NCBI GenBank assembly: GCA_000960865.2 | Contig: JZWU02000030.1 | Span: 1-18,199, forward strand | Source: Vulcanisaeta sp. AZ3 | GTDB lineage: Archaea > Thermoproteota > Thermoprotei > Thermoproteales > Thermocladiaceae | Direction of reading: 5' to 3' | DNA length: 18,199 nucleotides | Shown: piece by piece, positions 15,303 to 18,199 of the stretch | Layout: every line of letters starts with the position of its first letter | Numbering within the stretch: position 1 is the stretch's first letter | Notes under the pieces: generated by a model | Database searches by the model: none | The model's input: the letters and a program-made list of their open reading frames with translations, nothing else | What the model was told of the DNA's origin: nothing | Program-made: the position numbers and the translations under genes

Positions 15303-16310
15303 GTGGGTCAGCCAAGGTTCAGGATTGAGGTTTTTCTTGAGAGGGATGGTAAGATAATAATGGATAGTATTACAGCGAGACTCCTTGAGAGCCTAGATAG
15401 GAGAGGCTCCTTGCTTTCCGTGGTTAGGGACCTTGGTTTGCCTTACTCAAGGGCTTGGGAATTGATTAATAAATTGGAGAACGGAATTGGAACTAAGGTC
15501 GTGAATTCTAGGAAGGGATATAGAGGCGGCATGAGACTGACAAATGAGGGTAGAGAAGTGCTGAGTACGTATATGTCAATAATGAAAAGATACTCTTGGA
15601 ATCCAGAGGGTTTTGTATGCGATACTGTATATGCCGGTAGTGATGATTGCATAGTTAGAGAGATAATAGAGGACATGAGAAACGAAGGCTACTGTATAGA
15701 TGCTCATTGGGTTGGCTCCATGGGAGGCCTTAACCTAGTAATGCTGGGTCTTGCTGATATTGCTGGAATACACCTACTGGATCCAACTAGTGGTGAGTAT
15801 AATGTACCCTATATAGGTTCAATGGGTGCGTGGGACAACGTGGTCCTAATTAGGGGTTATATGAGACTCTTGGGGCTAGTTCATAGGCCGCACCTAAGTA
15901 TAGGTGACGTAATGGACATACTGGGGTTAAAGATGGTTAATAGAAACCCAGGCTCAGGCACTAGGTTAGTAACAGAATTACTACTAAATGGTATTGCTAA
16001 GTACACAGGATATGATTATGATGAGATGAGAAGAGTGATTAGGGGTTATGATGATGTTGTTAAGACCCACGTAGAGGTTACTGAGAAGGTTATGAGGCGT
16101 ATTGCAGATTATGGAATAGCAATAGCAGGACAGGCACTAGCCATGGGACTAAGCATTAGGCCCTTAGTGCTTGAGGAATTCGATATAGTTGTTGCCAGGT
16201 CAAGTATGAATAAGCCTGCGGTTAGGGAATTCCTACGCAGAATAAGTAAGGTCAAACCAAGGCCTGGTTATATCATGCTCAGAAGCACAGGCGTTTCTTA
16301 CTCAAGATAA
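15303..16310 (+). CDS. ModE-type winged-HTH regulator fused to a molybdate/tungstate PBP-like domain
   Basis: ModE HTH LLESLDRRGSLLSVVRDLGLPYSRAWELINKLE...GG.RLT..G, then PBP-like motifs AGSDD, VGSMGGL, DIAGIHLLD and VNRNPGSGTR. GTG start. Confidence 0.85.
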   Translation: MGQPRFRIEVFLERDGKIIMDSITARLLESLDRRGSLLSVVRDLGLPYSRAWELINKLENGIGTKVVNSRKGYRGGMRLTNEGREVLSTYMSIMKRYSWNPEGFVCDTVYAGSDDCIVREIIEDMRNEGYCIDAHWVGSMGGLNLVMLGLADIAGIHLLDPTSGEYNVPYIGSMGAWDNVVLIRGYMRLLGLVHRPHLSIGDVMDILGLKMVNRNPGSGTRLVTELLLNGIAKYTGYDYDEMRRVIRGYDDVVKTHVEVTEKVMRRIADYGIAIAGQALAMGLSIRPLVLEEFDIVVARSSMNKPAVREFLRRISKVKPRPGYIMLRSTGVSYSR

Positions 16311-17068
16311 TCATAATCACTACCCCCAACATATATATTATGGAGAGTCCTGTAGAGCGTGTCGAGGCCCTCGCTAGTCTTGGCACTTATTGGTATTGGC
16401 TTTGGCACAGTCCCTATTGCTGACAATACATCAGTTATTCTAATGCTTAGATCCGTTTCAAGCTTATTGACTTGACTACTCAATAATGCCTCCCTAAGTA
16501 GGTCTATTTCTTCACTCCACTCTAGGATTTCCTCAAGAATTGATCTATCTAAGAGGTCAATCTTATTAATAACGTTTATCTGAGGCATATTAAACCTAAA
16601 TTGTGTTGATAGAGCTAAGAGCATTGAGGATACATAACCACTGGGTGTTTGAGCTTGAGTCGCGTCTATTACAAAGACCACGGCAGACCTATCCATGGCA
16701 AGCCTACTTACTAATACGGAACCCACGCTCCTAAAGGCAAAGAGCTCCATCTGGCCCGGAGTGTCAATGAGAACATAATTGGCACCGACATCCATCACTT
16801 GGTTCTTAATCTCCTGAGCTCTCACCGCAAGCATATCTATAGCTGCTAGTATTGAACCATTGGGACCAAGCTTATACTTTCTCATTAATTCCCTGGCGGA
16901 AACTACATCTCTAATGTCTATGTCCGGTACGTAGGGCACGTATTCCACAGCAGGGTCTAGGTTCACTATGGCTACATCGTACTGATTATCCTCAAGCCAC
17001 TCAGCAAAGCTATTGATAAGTGTTGTTTTGCCAGATCCAGCTGTGCCAACTATGAATACTGTAAACAT
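16298..17068 (-). CDS. GPN-loop GTPase (archaeal GPN)
   Basis: G1 GTAGSGKTT, NLDP, DIRD, LGPNG (GPN loop), DTPGQME, NKID and ISAK. It has its own TATA TTTTAAAT (minus strand, about 17092-17099). Confidence 0.93.
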   Translation of the reverse strand: MFTVFIVGTAGSGKTTLINSFAEWLEDNQYDVAIVNLDPAVEYVPYVPDIDIRDVVSARELMRKYKLGPNGSILAAIDMLAVRAQEIKNQVMDVGANYVLIDTPGQMELFAFRSVGSVLVSRLAMDRSAVVFVIDATQAQTPSGYVSSMLLALSTQFRFNMPQINVINKIDLLDRSILEEILEWSEEIDLLREALLSSQVNKLETDLSIRITDVLSAIGTVPKPIPISAKTSEGLDTLYRTLHNIYVGGSDYDYLE

Positions 17069-17110
17069 TCACAAACAAACTAAATGTCCCAATTTAAAAC
17101 TTCTTAATCA

Positions 17111-18199
17111 CTAAACACCCATGTAGAGCATGGATATGGCAGCCCTCGCGACAGCATCACCAAGAAGCATAATCCTAACACCCTCCTTTAAGCCTATGCG
17201 ATCGGAGACTAAGGTTACTAAAGCACCGCCCGTTAATGAACCTATCAAAGTACCAACACCGTAGAATAGGTTATAGAGGATAATGGCCGTCTTTTTATCC
17301 TCTGAATTGTCGTAAACGAAGGAGATATAGGCAATATTCGATGCGGAGTTTGTAAATCCAGCCACTGTGTTAGTTAGGTATATCACGTATACATTCGGTG
17401 CCAGAGCATAGGATAACGGAAATACTACAAGCAGGAACCTACCTAAGAACATTATTAATTTTCTATTTCTATCAAACCAAGAACCAACATGTCTCTGAAA
17501 TGCCATTGTAGAGAAGCCACTAATAAGATTTATTATTGCTAATTGCTCCAGGTTCATGTGAAAAATATAAAGCTGAGCCAGTGGAAATAGGGGCCAGGCG
17601 AAACTCCAGACCATGGCGAATAGCATATTTATGAGAAGAAACCTCGTAAGCTTACCATTACCTCTCAATAAACGTAATGGATTGCTCACAAACTGTGTCT
17701 CAGGATTTCTTAAACCAAATCCCCACACGTTGATGACATTCATGAATACTAAAAACCCGCTGGTCATGAATACGTATTGCATTAATGCGTAATTGCCACG
17801 AATCATGAATCCTGTTAGTAACGTAGCTAATAAACCACCTATTGAACCGTAAAAGGCATAGTTAGCTAGAACCCTACCCCTACTACCTCTGCTCAATTTC
17901 TCCATCACTAGGGACCAAGCGAAGGAATTGACCCCACTAATACACGCTATTGCCACGTATATCGCTAAGTACAGCATTGGATTGTCGTAGGCAAGGAGAG
18001 CCATCATGAACCATAGGACCGCGAGAAGGAGAGTTGATATCTTAAGCAGTAATTCAGCGCTCCTAATACGCCTTAGCGGCAGCTGTACGATACCGCCGAA
18101 GAATGATGATGCAGACGACACAATACTAACACCTAGGCTAGGTACACCTATTGCCGCGGCTAAGAAACTCATGAATGGTGATACTAATCCATTTGCAAG
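17111..18199 (-). CDS. MFS transporter, 5'-truncated by the window edge
   Basis: The frame stays open upstream of ATG 18172 to the edge (LANGLVSPF-MSFLAA...). Multiple TMs with MFS-like loops (SRGRVLA, GSWFDRNRK). Confidence 0.85.
   Translation of the reverse strand, partial: LANGLVSPFMSFLAAAIGVPSLGVSIVSSASSFFGGIVQLPLRRIRSAELLLKISTLLLAVLWFMMALLAYDNPMLYLAIYVAIACISGVNSFAWSLVMEKLSRGSRGRVLANYAFYGSIGGLLATLLTGFMIRGNYALMQYVFMTSGFLVFMNVINVWGFGLRNPETQFVSNPLRLLRGNGKLTRFLLINMLFAMVWSFAWPLFPLAQLYIFHMNLEQLAIINLISGFSTMAFQRHVGSWFDRNRKLIMFLGRFLLVVFPLSYALAPNVYVIYLTNTVAGFTNSASNIAYISFVYDNSEDKKTAIILYNLFYGVGTLIGSLTGGALVTLVSDRIGLKEGVRIMLLGDAVARAAISMLYMGV

Noticed and set aside
10707-15676. ORFs 10707..11006, 12208..12537, 13823..14101 and 15443..15676
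   Set aside because: Antisense shadows of well-supported genes.
14560-16310. Convergent 3' overlaps (14560-14576 and 16298-16310)
   Set aside because: Short tail-to-tail overlaps are routine in compact crenarchaeal genomes.
1-18199. CRISPR arrays, tRNA or rRNA genes, IS elements, integrases
   Set aside because: By eye I found no regularly spaced repeats, cloverleaf or GC-rich structural RNA segments, terminal inverted repeats or transposase-like ORFs. Intergenic gaps are mostly under 150 nt.

Overview
AT-rich (roughly 40% GC by eye), densely coding archaeal DNA. The aRF1 sequence, gene content and TATA boxes about 25-30 nt upstream of start codons suggest a Thermoproteales crenarchaeote, probably Vulcanisaeta/Caldivirga-like (inference). 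It is mostly core genome: a partial gene at the left edge, a small Cys/His-rich metalloprotein, an alpha/beta hydrolase, a membrane-anchored thioredoxin-like protein, a GGPP synthase-isopentenyl phosphate kinase operon divergent from a thiolase, release factor aRF1, a MoaD/SAMP ubiquitin-like protein, an MFS transporter, an SQR-like flavoprotein-DUF1641 operon, a MacB/FtsX-type permease, an MtaB-type tRNA methylthiotransferase, a large Ig-repeat surface glycoprotein, a HAD hydrolase, a ModE-PBP regulator, a GPN-loop GTPase and a partial MFS. No mobile element or CRISPR array was seen. Signals the ORF track misses: (1) the aRF1 gene appears to start at a promoter-positioned GTG (5222) whose frame hits TAA after 5 codons, with the rest of the gene in the -1 frame, which is either prfB-like autoregulatory frameshifting or a 1-nt sequencing error; (2) an unannotated C/D box sRNA at about 9792-9850 whose guides resemble complements of a tRNA anticodon loop and of the 16S anti-Shine-Dalgarno tail; (3) a 16-bp palindrome with perfect 7-bp arms between the TATA box and start of the sqr-like operon; (4) a 16/17-identical promoter element shared by the permease and the surface protein genes.
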